Source: Sporopachydermia quercuum (lineage: Eukaryota). From it: DNA of 64,000 nt. Location: NCBI GenBank assembly GCA_001599295.1, contig BCGN01000009.1, forward strand, positions 248,001-312,000. Reading direction: 5' to 3'. The notes below the pieces were generated by a model. It saw only the letters and a list, made by a program, of their open reading frames with translations. It made no database searches and was not told the DNA's origin. Shown piece by piece: positions 22,269 through 33,815 of the stretch. The position numbers were made by a program, and so were the translations under genes. Position 1 is the first letter of the stretch. The number at the start of each line of letters is the position of its first letter.

Positions 22269-24068
22269 ATGAGCGAGACAATAAACCCTCACGAAGGGAA
22301 GCAACACATAACTATTGTCGGTGCTGGAATTATCGGGGTTTGTACGGCTTATTACTTAACCCGTCACAGTGCTTTTNCTCCTGAGACCCACCATATCACC
22401 ATAATTGAGTCGAAGCGAGTAGCGGGTGGCGCCTCAGGTAAAGCCGGAGGCTTACTAGCCTTGTGGGCTTTTCCTCAGCAAATTGTTCCTTTATCTTTTC
22501 AACTTCATCAAGAGCTAAGTGATATGTATAATGGAGAAGAAGAATGGGGCTATCGAAGACTCACAACAGTGTCCATTGAAGGCAACATAATTGGCTCTAA
22601 ACAAAAGAAAAAGATGGTTACATCCGGNGATGGTGAAAATAACAAAGCAAGTCATAACAGCACAATATCTGCGGCAATAGCTTCTGTTTCAAGCTCTGAT
22701 ATGAGAAGAACAGGTTCTGGAGGCAGCGGAACACTTACAGGAGGATTAAAAAACTCATTAAGGGCAGAAGAAAATAAGAAGGCCCAAGCAAGAAACAGAA
22801 AGCCATCTGTTGAAACCCAATCAACGCAACACTCGTTTGCCGATTCAATCTCTAGCAATGAGTTCTCAGCTCAATTGTCGCATTCCAACTCTTTTCAAAA
22901 CGACTCCCTAGCTTCTCTGAGTCCTTCCAATGATGTATTTAAAGATGGTAACCAATTCGATTACACCCCGAACAACAGGAGGAACAGCAGTGTCAATAGT
23001 AATTATGATGGAACTGTTAGCTCTATCAGCAATACTGATAATAATCCAACTTATAGTTCTGTACTATCACCAGTTACAGCTTCTTCTGCTTCATCAAATG
23101 AGTTGGGTGATGACCAAGAACCAACTGATAGCTCTGTCTCCAGTCTTGAAGCCAAAAACGAAGATGCTTTGAAATCCTCCATTGCTATTGAACAAGAACA
23201 TGCAAATAAGCTGAACCTCCCAGTTGATCTGAACTGGGTTAGAGCAGAAGTTATCGATGAATGGTCATTATTAGGAGGCACGGAATCAACAGCTCAAGTA
23301 CATCCTTACAAGTTTACCAACTATATTCTTAAGAAGGCTCAAGAAACAGGTGCTGTTGATCTTATCATTGGTAAGGTATCCCATTTAAATTATAACAATG
23401 ATTTTACTGCTGCAGAATCCGTCACATATATACCATCATCTACTAAAGATGAATTCACCGGTGCCTCTGAATCACCAGTTACTATAGCTGCTGACCAAAT
23501 CATTATGACGGTTGGTCCTTGGACCTCAAAAATCCTCACTGATTGTCCCATTTCGGGACTGAGAGCTCATTCAATCACAGTTGCTACAGAAAATGAAAGT
23601 TCAGTCTCTCCGTACGCTTTGTTCACTGAATTGAGANTATCCAAAGGGAGATATGTTTCACCAGAAGTCTATGCTCGTAAAGATGAAATCTATATCTGTG
23701 GTGAAGGTGACACTTCAGTTGCTGTTCCAGATACCACGGATGATGTTGAGATTGTTAAAGAGAAATGCGATGAGCTTTTTGGTCACGTGTCAAAGCTTTC
23801 GAATGAAGTTGCTAATGGCAGAATTCTGAAACGTCAAGCTTGCTACTTGCCAGTCTTAGATGTTCCATCATCATCAGGACCTTTGATTGGTGAAACCAAT
23901 ATAGAGAACTTGTTCCTAGCCTCAGGGCATTCTTGTTGGGGTATTAATAATGCTCCTGGAACTGGTAAATTATTGGCTGAATTAATTTTCGATGGTGAAG
24001 CTCACTCTGCTGACATCTCTGCTTTGGATCCAAGTTTATATTTTGATGCCAGTGCTGGTCCTCTGTAA
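22269..24068 (+). CDS. TDA3: FAD-dependent oxidoreductase, DAO family (Tda3/Btn3)
   Basis: Rossmann IVGAGIIG, GGASGKAGGLLA, TAQVHPYKFT, GHSCWGINNAPGTG; Ser-rich internal insert. Confidence 0.92.
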   Translation: MSETINPHEGKQHITIVGAGIIGVCTAYYLTRHSAFXPETHHITIIESKRVAGGASGKAGGLLALWAFPQQIVPLSFQLHQELSDMYNGEEEWGYRRLTTVSIEGNIIGSKQKKKMVTSXDGENNKASHNSTISAAIASVSSSDMRRTGSGGSGTLTGGLKNSLRAEENKKAQARNRKPSVETQSTQHSFADSISSNEFSAQLSHSNSFQNDSLASLSPSNDVFKDGNQFDYTPNNRRNSSVNSNYDGTVSSISNTDNNPTYSSVLSPVTASSASSNELGDDQEPTDSSVSSLEAKNEDALKSSIAIEQEHANKLNLPVDLNWVRAEVIDEWSLLGGTESTAQVHPYKFTNYILKKAQETGAVDLIIGKVSHLNYNNDFTAAESVTYIPSSTKDEFTGASESPVTIAADQIIMTVGPWTSKILTDCPISGLRAHSITVATENESSVSPYALFTELRXSKGRYVSPEVYARKDEIYICGEGDTSVAVPDTTDDVEIVKEKCDELFGHVSKLSNEVANGRILKRQACYLPVLDVPSSSGPLIGETNIENLFLASGHSCWGINNAPGTGKLLAELIFDGEAHSADISALDPSLYFDASAGPL

Positions 24069-24329
24069 TAAATGAAATGGAAATGGCTATTATGAGTTAT
24101 CGCAAGCCGATGGCTAGTGGATATAGGAATGATGATCTACTCTCGAAGCACGCATTAATCCTGGTATTACAGTGAACTTACTATTATATTATGCCTGAAT
24201 AATGTACATTTTGTTTAATTAAACGTTACGGGTACTTTATCTTGTATTGTAGTAATGGTTGGTTGTCGGTATGTATGTAAGAGTGTATATATGTATGTAG
24301 TGTATTATGTATCATGATAGTTTAAACGT

Positions 24330-25070
24330 TTATACAATTATTATCAGTACCAACAGAACAACTAGAGCAACAGTAAGGATAGCTATACAGCAATTGTTGA
24401 TGGTGTCTCGGTTCTTCTCGTAAATATATTCTGCTCTTTTCCTTCCACGACTTACCTTTGAATGCAAGTTATCAATCCCGTACTCGAGATCATCTAAGAT
24501 TACGGCCTGATCTTCTAATTCATTGCCCATTATTTCTGCTTGCTGTCTAATGTTTTGCACAGTGTCATATACTTGTCCTAGTTGACCGTCTTGCTCTTCC
24601 ATAAGCATTTCTTGGTATGCATTTCCACTATCTCCTTCTCCTGCTGGTTCACCAGTTCCTGGCTGATCTTGAAAAGGATTCTCAAGCTGCATAGCATTAT
24701 TTCGTTTTCCAGCCGATATTATCCCAATGGCATCTCCTCCTTCTCCCTGGGAAAGCCTCTGATCTATGGCTCCTGCCAGGTAACCGCGTTGACCTCTGAA
24801 GCCTAAAACAAGACTTCGGGCATTACTCCTTAACACTTCAACTTCGCGCTGTCTTTCTGCCGAGCCTGACACTTCTGCCGCATTTTGTAGATCGTAGATG
24901 GTTTCGTTGAGTTCTTCTAAAACGTTCAGGAAATCTTCATCCTGTGAAGTAAGTTGTCCTGATGTTCCCGTTGCAGGTGCTTCGTCTAGTCTTGAAGAAG
25001 TGTGCATTAGATTGCGAAGCACCGTTAGCTGCTGTTGAGCATCATCGCGTACGTTATTGTATGGATCCAT
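24330..25070 (-). CDS. TLG1: Qc t-SNARE, syntaxin-6-like
   Basis: N-terminal DP(Y/F) motif, SNARE motif EEQDGQL...MGNELEDQAVILDDLE, CC before the C-terminal TM helix. Divergent from SDC1, as in S. cerevisiae. Confidence 0.88.
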   Translation of the reverse strand: MDPYNNVRDDAQQQLTVLRNLMHTSSRLDEAPATGTSGQLTSQDEDFLNVLEELNETIYDLQNAAEVSGSAERQREVEVLRSNARSLVLGFRGQRGYLAGAIDQRLSQGEGGDAIGIISAGKRNNAMQLENPFQDQPGTGEPAGEGDSGNAYQEMLMEEQDGQLGQVYDTVQNIRQQAEIMGNELEDQAVILDDLEYGIDNLHSKVSRGRKRAEYIYEKNRDTINNCCIAILTVALVVLLVLIIIV

Positions 25071-25780
25071 GGTTTTCGTGGATTACATATGGGCTTTGAA
25101 TGGAACACTGAGGAGTTTATTCGNGTTGAGTCAATTAATTGACGATTTATTGTAGATTGTTTGCAAGTAAGAACGATTTTTCATCAACATAATAATGAAA
25201 GGAATGTGAACATATGCACTATATGCAAATCAATTATAAGGTTCAATTATTTATGCATTAGATTTGCATAGTTGCACAGTAGAGGGCCACTTAACGAAGA
25301 GCAAGTCCTACCATCTAGTTCCACCTCAAATATTACTGCTAATTTCTAAGAAGATAAGTCTTTGAGACAAAAATACATTTTGAAAATCCAAAAATAAAAA
25401 ATAATATTAATAATAAAAAGTGACTAAATCGTTGAGAATGTGTCACCACTCGATAGCCTCTTCCACAACAACTATTGCGTCCATATACTATTGATCACAT
25501 AATCATATAATATCATCCTTCCAGCTCAATCAATAACCTGTCCTATATCCCACACNTCACTCCCTGTTCCTTATTATGCCTCTCTTTTAATCGCACATCT
25601 TGCATTTTGTATCCTTTTCTACTGAAGACATTCCTCATCTATTCGCAGTAAAAATGTATATAATTGTCTTCAGATTCTACTATTTTTACTGATTTTAACT
25701 CCAACAGCTGCGTGGAACCAATTCTGGGACGTCAAAAAGAGGATATCAAGTCCATTATGCCGGCTATTGGCATACAAGTA

Positions 25781-25976
25781 GTAAGTATTGAAGCGTAGTC
25801 CAAGTGCTTGTACATTGAGATAGGATGATCAACGGAAGCTGAGAACGCAGAATTTCGTTAAGGTACCAAATTCTCGGATGTAGACAAAACTCATTTTTGT
25901 CTTTGCAGCGCCGAAATGGTAACGGATCCGCACTTTCCATACCTATTCCTAGCCTCCATTTGCTAACATACTATAG
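25781..25976 (+). other. Probable 5'UTR intron of SDC1
   Basis: GTAAGT at 25781, TGCTAAC at 25961-25967, TAG ending 25976, about 100 nt upstream of the SDC1 ATG. Confidence 0.5.
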
Positions 25977-26079
25977 ATTCTCTTACAGACTAACAGCAGC
26001 ATCTAGTATTCTTATTTCAACGTCTATTTCTACTGCTTTCTAATTTTAATCTTCACCCTTTACCTCCAGCAATGATAAT

Positions 26080-27528
26080 ATGAATGAAAATCTAGATATT
26101 TCAGCTTCAAGAAACATTGAGAAGTTCCGGGACAGTAGTGGGCTGACGATCGCTGCCACGAATAATAATACTCACACTTCAACGGGAAAGGAATCCAGCG
26201 GTGATTTCATTACTTCGAACTCTGCTTCTTCAATCTCAGCTCTAAATTTCCAGTCCCCTTTTACATATTTGAAAGAAGATCGCAAAAAGGAAGTTAAGAA
26301 AAAGAAGAAACGCTTAGAGTTGAATACTCAGACAGTAACCCATAATGATGGCCAAATTGATAGTTCTGGTGCAGGTAATAGAAAGCAAGTGTTGAAGCAA
26401 GAAAGGAAACATGGACATGAATATTCTGATAGTGAGGATGGAAATTCAGGCGCTGCACGTGATGGAAATATAAAAAAGAGAAAAGTAGAACAGCAACAGC
26501 AACAGCAGCAACAACACCACCAACACCAGCAGTTCAGAAGACAAACCCTTCAACAAGGACTACAAGAAAACCTTCCTTATGTTCAGCAGCAACAAATTCT
26601 TGAACAACAACACGAAAATGAACTTCCCAAACATCAATATGCCAATAAAGTGTTACCAAATCATGTATCATCTAGTAATTCCTATGAAACGAGCAATCAG
26701 AGCAAAAGCTCTTCTGCTGTACACAACAGTAGTTTTACAGCTACTACTACCAATACAAGCAATGCTGCGAATAATGCTGCTATTAGCAACTTTGTCACAG
26801 CAACTGCCACCCCCCTATCGTCTACCCCTTCAGGAGAATCACTTACTGGATCATCTACAGCTTCTCCGGGTGATAATATTAAGGAGATTACCCTGAACGA
26901 TGTTTCTTCCGCTGGTAATAATATCAGAACTACAATGGTATCAANTATGCCAGAACTAACTGACGATGTAACAGAATTTGCTCCAAATGATCCTCCTGAT
27001 GATAATTCTCACATTGAAAAGATGGTGAATTATAGAGCTGCTAATTTAGTTGGAGGTCCATCATCCAGAAGGTTTCTTAATGAACATATTACTCCTTATT
27101 TGCTGGCGTCGATGAGGAAAGTCATTGCAACTGATAGGTTAGTAATTTAATTCATTTGTATGAGATAGTGTGAGAGTATGGTATTTTTAATTGCACTACT
27201 ATATCATTTTATTTTATACTATTCTTAGCACTATGTTTATATTTATAAAACATAAATGTATCATAGCATTATAAACANACTCACTCACATTTTATCATGA
27301 GAATTCTATTCAATTATTTGTATAGCTCATCCTGTTTATTTCTTGCATACTAATATCCTATTTAGCGCTGATGATCCTTTGCTCTTACTAGCAAAATACC
27401 TATTTGACGAGTATAAAAGAATCAATGCAACAGAAGATGAAGAAGAACAACCATATACGAATTTAACACAACAGAAACTTGAAAATGATATGAATGAAGC
27501 TTTTCAAAGTCAAAATGGAAGACAGTAA
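26080..27528 (+). CDS. SDC1: COMPASS subunit Sdc1/DPY-30, 2 exons, 406 aa
   Basis: Exons 26080-27137 and 27366-27528; intron GTTAGT...TACTAAT...TAG. Splicing completes the Dpy-30 motif VGGPSSRRFLNEHITPYLLASMRKVIATD-S-ADDPLLLLAKYL. Confidence 0.88.
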
Positions 27529-28274
27529 CATTACTAGACAGGCGTTGGATATGATGATTAGTCTAGTAGTATTATAATGATAGTATTATGATGATACTTG
27601 GTTTGGTTATGGTAATAGTAGCTGATAGTAGGATATTGTTAAGGGAGTTGTGATATTTAAAATAATGGTTATTTCTGATGATTATTGATTATCGTTATTA
27701 TTACCATTAATATTTTCATTGTTATTGAACTACTACTGTTGTAATCTATGTTGTTCCTTGTTGTTTTCAATGAAATCTCCTTATCTCTCAATATACATTG
27801 AGTCCCTGTTAACTATACTGTTGTATCTAGTCAGTATTCCTGTTGATATTCACGATGCTGATTTCTTGGTTTCCGTAGAATATCTGAAAAAAAGCGTGAT
27901 TGATTGATTCAAAAACCAATCAGCCAATCAAAGAAACCAACTGTATGAATGGAACATTTCTTCAATATAATAACCTATGGATTTGGTGAATGGTTCTAGC
28001 TTATAGAAGAAGAAGTAGTAGTATAATTACAATATATATTTGAACTATTATACAATAAACATGTTCTTTGACAAGTTATATAGTTGTGGCGATATTAATA
28101 GAAGTATGAATAATTATGTTGATTGTATTCCTATTCCTATTATCATCAAATAGCTAACTCTTAAATTCAACAACTACAAATTTCTGGTAACCAATGATAA
28201 CCATCAGTGATTCATATGTCGCTCCACATAAACATTCCCATATCTTTATCCTCTCCATATCATCTAGCAATCTA

Positions 28275-30887
28275 TTATTCACCGGATCTCCTCATTGTTC
28301 TCATCATCTGGTGGGAATGAGGTCCCATTTTTCTCATTGTTGCTGCATTACGCGCTGAATTTGATGCTGAGGCTGCTGCTGCGGCACTAGAGTTCACACT
28401 TCCCGAGTTACCATTAGAACTACCATTAGAATGAGAATTTCCAATGGTGGTACTGGTACTTCTATCCCCAAATTTGCTTGTAGTGGTATATACAGGAACA
28501 GAGCCTGACGAGCCTGTAGTTCTCCTTGGGATGCTAGAAGTATTGCTACCGGTACTGCTATTGGTAGTACTTATACTGGTAGTATTTCCATGAGATGTAC
28601 TATTCATGCTTGGAGAAAGCAGGCCTGCTTTTAGTTTGGCTTGTCGAACTGATTCCTGTTGCAGACGTAGTTGCCGTTGCTGTTGGCTCATCTTTCTTTC
28701 GTGGTTTGCTAGAACTGCTGACCCAGCGGCCGCTGCGGCTGGGGTAGTAAAGTTATTGCCGCCGTTGCTGCTTGTGGCTCTATGAGTGCTCCTAGTGCCA
28801 GGATTGACAGCTACTACTGTAGGAGTTGTACTACTGCTGCTACTGCTGCTTGGGGATATNCGCATGTTAGAAAACGAGGAGGATACCTGGTTCACTAACC
28901 GGTTGCTGTATCTGGGCTGCGATCCTGTTCCAGTGCCTGAAGTTCCTGTAGTGTGTAACGGCACCGCAGGAGGTTTGGATAGTTTCTTGGCTTGCACANC
29001 GCCATCAGTACTACTATTTCCAGCTCCAGCTCCAGAGCCGCTTGGCTGTACGACATTCGCAGCTAGTGCATAGCTGTCGTTACCATTTCCTTGTTTCCTG
29101 TTTGCTGGCTGCGAATAGGCATTAGGAATTGGCGATGAGCTTCCACCTGGTTTCTTATACGACTTTGTAGACCCGTTGGCAGTCGACGGTGATGATACCT
29201 TTGCTGGTGGAGATTTCTGNTTAATATAGGATGATGTTTGTTTGGACAATTGTTTAGATTTTGGAGCATGTGGTTGTTGCTGTTGCTGCTGCTGTTGGTG
29301 GTAAATATGTTGTTTTTCAAAGGAATTGTTTGCTGCCGATGCTGCAGGCGAAATGGGATCATTTGATGAGCTGGGAGATGTATGCGAAACTGCGGTTGTA
29401 GATGCAGGCACAGACACGGTAGCATGGCTTGCAGTACGAATAGTATTATTAGAGCTACTAGTACTAGAGCTAACACCATTAATAGTACTAATATTATTAC
29501 CAGAAGACACCCCATTGACAGTCCTAACATTACCACTACTACCACTACCATTCCCATTACCGTTGCTACTCCGAGCTGATCCTCTGGATCCTCCTTTAGC
29601 CATTGGTCTGCTTCCCGATGTGCTCACCCCGCTCAGTGGTCCTGTGGCAGCAGACTGTTTATAATTATAGGAAACCTCAGTTACAGGCTTATATGGAGAA
29701 AACCTAGGCGGAGGTTTGCCCCAGATAGACTCTGGGTCTNGCCATGCAACAGTCTGGAAAAACTCATGCTGTTTGATCTGGGGGAAATCATACCGTTGCC
29801 GGGGATCTATAATCAAAATCCGGCTTATCAAGTCTCTAAAGCTCCTTGGCAGGTTCAACTTAGCAGGAAAGGTATATCTCAGTTTGATGATCCNTTGGAA
29901 AGTAAGATATTCATTTTCAGCTTTGAAAGGTGGAATTCCAACGACCATTTGGTACACAATACAAGCAAAAGCCCAAGCATCGCACTTCTTTCCACAGGTT
30001 TGATGCAGTAGAAGCTCTGGGGATACATACTCCGCAGTGCCAACAAAGGAATTGGCTTGCACGCGCTCAATATTAGGATAAGCAATATTCTGTTTGACAT
30101 AATCATGAGCTGCAGATAAATCGTAATATGAATGATTTGGATCACGATGATCATAAAGGATTTTTGCAGTGCCAAAATCAGTGATCACAATCTTATTCTC
30201 CTGATTCAAAAGAATATTCTCAGGCTTGAGATCTCTATGAATAATACCTTTAGAATGAATGAACTCTACAGCAGAAACTATCTGGGCAGAGTAATATCTT
30301 ACCACGTCAAGATTCAGAGAGCTATATTTATTTATAAGGTCTAGAAGTTCACCATTAGGAGCATAATCCAGTACGAAATAAAGGTTGAAATCGTTTTGGA
30401 AAGTATAATGAAGCTTTACGATACCATACCCCCCGTGGAATTCATTAGTAGGATGCTTATGATAATGGATTCTATTCAGAGCGTCTTTCTCAATGCTCAC
30501 ATATTTTGTTTTCTTTTCTTTAATAATATGTTTCTTTGACAGTACTTTGATAGCATATAGTTGTTTAGTTCTTAGGTCTCTACCGGTGTATACTTTTGAA
30601 TAGGATCCTTCACCAATAACAGTGCCTATTTTGAAATCAGCTATGGTTTTTTTACCACCAGAAGATGTGCTGATGCTGCTTGTCGCATATGAATAGTTGT
30701 TGATGTTTTTATTCGTGTTTATATTACTATAACTATTGCTATTGCTGTTGTTGTGGTTCATGAGCAACCGTGAGTTGGTCACACGAGGCTTTGGATGAGC
30801 AACGAAGCCCAAGCTATCAGTGGAGCTATGAATCATGCCAGAGACTTCTCTTGGCATCGTAGGCCTATTGTTAGCTGCTGTAGACAT
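28275..30887 (-). CDS. PKH3: PDK1-family Ser/Thr kinase, Pkh3-like (no PH domain seen)
   Basis: IGEGSYSKV, KHIIKEKKTKYVSIEK, HRDLKPENIL, DFGTAK, SFVGTAEYVSPELL; low-complexity C-terminal tail. PKH3 is preferred over PKH1/2 because it neighbours TLG1 and SDC1. Confidence 0.8.
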   Translation of the reverse strand: MSTAANNRPTMPREVSGMIHSSTDSLGFVAHPKPRVTNSRLLMNHNNSNSNSYSNINTNKNINNYSYATSSISTSSGGKKTIADFKIGTVIGEGSYSKVYTGRDLRTKQLYAIKVLSKKHIIKEKKTKYVSIEKDALNRIHYHKHPTNEFHGGYGIVKLHYTFQNDFNLYFVLDYAPNGELLDLINKYSSLNLDVVRYYSAQIVSAVEFIHSKGIIHRDLKPENILLNQENKIVITDFGTAKILYDHRDPNHSYYDLSAAHDYVKQNIAYPNIERVQANSFVGTAEYVSPELLLHQTCGKKCDAWAFACIVYQMVVGIPPFKAENEYLTFQXIIKLRYTFPAKLNLPRSFRDLISRILIIDPRQRYDFPQIKQHEFFQTVAWXDPESIWGKPPPRFSPYKPVTEVSYNYKQSAATGPLSGVSTSGSRPMAKGGSRGSARSSNGNGNGSGSSGNVRTVNGVSSGNNISTINGVSSSTSSSNNTIRTASHATVSVPASTTAVSHTSPSSSNDPISPAASAANNSFEKQHIYHQQQQQQQQPHAPKSKQLSKQTSSYIXQKSPPAKVSSPSTANGSTKSYKKPGGSSSPIPNAYSQPANRKQGNGNDSYALAANVVQPSGSGAGAGNSSTDGXVQAKKLSKPPAVPLHTTGTSGTGTGSQPRYSNRLVNQVSSSFSNMXISPSSSSSSSTTPTVVAVNPGTRSTHRATSSNGGNNFTTPAAAAAGSAVLANHERKMSQQQRQLRLQQESVRQAKLKAGLLSPSMNSTSHGNTTSISTTNSSTGSNTSSIPRRTTGSSGSVPVYTTTSKFGDRSTSTTIGNSHSNGSSNGNSGSVNSSAAAAASASNSARNAATMRKMGPHSHQMMRTMRRSGE

Positions 30888-33197
30888 TTCGCAAAATAAA
30901 GGGACGATGCGTGCTTTATAAAACTGTTTTTTTCTTTTTTCTAGGTTGTTCTTATGATAGAAGCTTTAGGATTAACGTCATATAATTGACCTTGATGATG
31001 CAGCACAGCTAGAAGATAGCCTTTATATAAAGTGGAAACAACTCAACCTTTTGAACTTATGGCGGACAGAAGCATCAAATAACAAATATCAGCAAGTTCT
31101 CCAGCGTGAAAATCCTCCTTAGTGAGTAATTCCTTTGTATCAGCAAGATCATAAAAGCTACTAATACATTAGCACTCCTGTTATCACCACAATTGTACTA
31201 AGGGTTAACAAGTAGGTAGACAGAGTGTATAATAAATGTACAAGGATGACTATTAACGCAGGGAGATACGAGGAAACGTTCTGTTTTTATTGAAGTAAAA
31301 ATTCCTCTATAAACTGCAAGAATTCTATCAAAAACTGAACAGATTCTTGATAGCTTATAGTAAGTAATGGTTTCTAATTATAACAAAGAAGTAATCAACA
31401 ATGACTTGTTAAGTGTTGGTATTTCACTTGTGGCCGTTGGACATGTTGAAATCAGTTTAGAGTTTTAGGGAAAGTTTAGAGTTGCGCATGTTAATGCACT
31501 ATTTCGGTTACGTGATCAGAAAATAAGGGATTTGATAAGAGGGAGTGATGTGGATGTAAGTAAAGCAAATAGGGTGAATTTAAGTGTAAGTGTGCTGAGA
31601 TTAAGATTGTAAATGGAATACTAACTTATTTATATCTTCCTGTTGGGTACAATTGAATGTTTGATGCTCTGTTAAGAAAAGCAAATCTGGTATGCATAAA
31701 GCGCATTAATCATGTGTAATGCAAACTTAAATAGGGTTCAGCTTCAACGCTGCAATGAAAATCAGTTTTTTCTTATCTATGAACCAAAATTAAAGGCTGA
31801 ACCAACGTCAGACCAATANCTTATTTCGTTCTTATAAGGAATTATCAGTTCTCTAATGATATTCTATCAATTGAGTAGTAAACTTTAATAAACTATAGTA
31901 AACTCTCATCATCTCTCTCAATGTACCATTATGTTTGATGACATCACATTGTGAATGACTCGTAAAAGTGATGTAAGTGTATGTCAGTTTGATATAAATA
32001 TGCATTAGTTGCATACTGATATGAACTTTAATTATTATCTACAAAGTGTATCAATCAAACAATGAGGAAGTATTGAACTGCTTTTTTCGAAGATGTTGGT
32101 TCATCTGAAGTATACTATTGATAATTGATACTGTCTCATTCATGTTTTAATGAGGGCAGTGTTGTATTGCACGTTACTCCAGACGATGATTGATAGGCAT
32201 GAAGCGTAACATTGGGTTTCGCTATAAAAGAGAGGAAGACATAAGTGTCTCTTATTGTTGTTAATGATAGGATGGCGATGGAACTCACTATTATTATTTA
32301 TATGTGTTTCTCTGATTGTTAGAATAACAGGAACCTACTTTAAATAAGAGCAATAAGAATTTCAAGCCAGTGTCTTCGATACAGCACATCCATACGGTCA
32401 GGCATTGCTATGTTATTAGTTGAATAGTCGTAGAAAAAACCTGATAACATTAATAATGTGATTGATGCCCTTTCATAAGCATTCCAGCAAACTAGAGGGA
32501 ATTCGCATTTCAATGCTGCTGGAAACTTGTTCTTTCTTTTATTTTGTATTTATGTCTTCTTACAAATAAGTTGTAGATCCTGCTGGAGACTATTGAGATA
32601 CAAGACTGAACAGTCATTGAAATAATCAACACATTGTGGTTTCCTCCTAAATCATTGAGATTAGCAAAGGGGATCAGCGAAACCTGAGATTGCAACAGAA
32701 ACGTTTACAGCTACTTCAACTCTTTTGTTTATGGAGGAGATCTCGTTATTGGGTGAAAATACATGCTCATCACAGCTCCTGCAAATCCTTCGCCTGTTGG
32801 TTTGAATTATTATTGACTTAACTGTTACCGATCAAGCGTACTTCAAATCAGAGGCATAGAAGTATCAGAAAGAGATTATAAAGCCTTCTTGATAGTAACA
32901 TTAACTACTTTACTGTAAACAAACTTGCGAATAGGAAAAGCTGCAGTTATAGAGACAATAGATCCCTCAGCCAAGAACCATTCAGTAGATTGCTACTNCA
33001 TTGTATCCGACCACTGCAGTAGAGTATAGACATATTTATTACATGTTTGCATTCCTAATTTTATTCCTTTTCCTATGTGATATCATACCAATCAACTCTT
33101 GGTGTCTCTAGATCTTTATTGAAAAAAATTAAAGCTTTGACTCTTAATTGATAAACTACATTGTTATTTTTTACCCCTCATTTCTACTTCCTATTTC

Positions 33198-33815
33198 TTA
33201 CAAATCCTTCTTATCCTCTATTTCCTTGGGTTCACCATTTGCTCCCTCTTCGTTTGCATCTTCTACCTTCTCACCTCTGGTTTCAAACACCTGGGAGTGT
33301 GAGATGTATAATGAATACCCCAAAAAAGATCCAGCAATTACCAACACAACCAATAAAACGGTCACCGGTCCTTCAATCGCCCACTCCCGGGGTGGGAACA
33401 CTTTACGAAGTGGGTCATCCACAGCACAAAATGGCTAAATTATTATGTTAGAAGACTTGCTCGTTTGAGAGTCTCAACTTCTCTCTATACTCCTCTTTGT
33501 CTTCAAACAATACAGTACNACAGTCCCTTCTGTTTAGCTCATTGCTACCACCAAAATAAACACATACCAAAATCAGCAGCCATACAAAATAATAGGCAAA
33601 AACTAAGGTGACAATAATAAGCATCAGTGATGTCCCAACATAATAATTTTCGTACTCTCTGTTGATCACCTTCTACATATACGTTGAATTGTGGTTAGTA
33701 TTACACGTTACCTAATCAAGTTTAGATGACAGTCAAAATTTCAATGGAATATCCCACTTTTCCCTAATTATTCACATACTGGTTTGTATTCGGTGGTCCA
33801 TAAAGATTGTGACAT
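33198..33815 (-). CDS. DPM2: Dolichol-phosphate-mannose synthase regulatory subunit DPM2-like, 3 exons, 125 aa
   Basis: Exons 33815-33780, 33672-33568, 33434-33198; both introns GTATGT...(TA/TT)CTAAC...TAG, phase 0. Product MSQSLWTTEYKP-KVINREYENYYVGTSLMLIIVTLVFAYYFVWLLIL-PFCAVDDPLRKVFPPREWAIEGPVTVLLVVLVIAGSFLG... matches the DPM2 pattern YY..W..L.PF...P....F.PR.WAI..P. Confidence 0.85.

Noticed and set aside
22600..23220. Long Ser/Asn-rich insert in TDA3 as a novelty
   Set aside because: S. cerevisiae Tda3 also carries a low-complexity insert, and such tracts are common across this window.
2003..23561. Alternative yeast genetic code (CUG=Ser or Ala)
   Set aside because: CTG encodes conserved Leu in DOP1 (2003, 2015), CLF1 (13984, 14017) and TDA3 (23559). 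The Ser tRNA here has anticodon UGA, not CAG.
25830..25925. TPP riboswitch in the SDC1 leader intron (GCTGAGA...CAGCG)
   Set aside because: The core ATACC...GAACCTGAT...GATAAT elements are absent.
28786..30344. Many antisense and alternate-frame ORFs over PKH3 (also over DOP1, MSL5, FNT)
   Set aside because: Shadow ORFs of low-complexity coding sequence, with no independent homology.
31556..31626. GTAAGT plus TACTAAC without a near acceptor (telomerase-RNA-type 3' processing signal)
   Set aside because: No adjacent Sm site or template recognised; consistent with chance.
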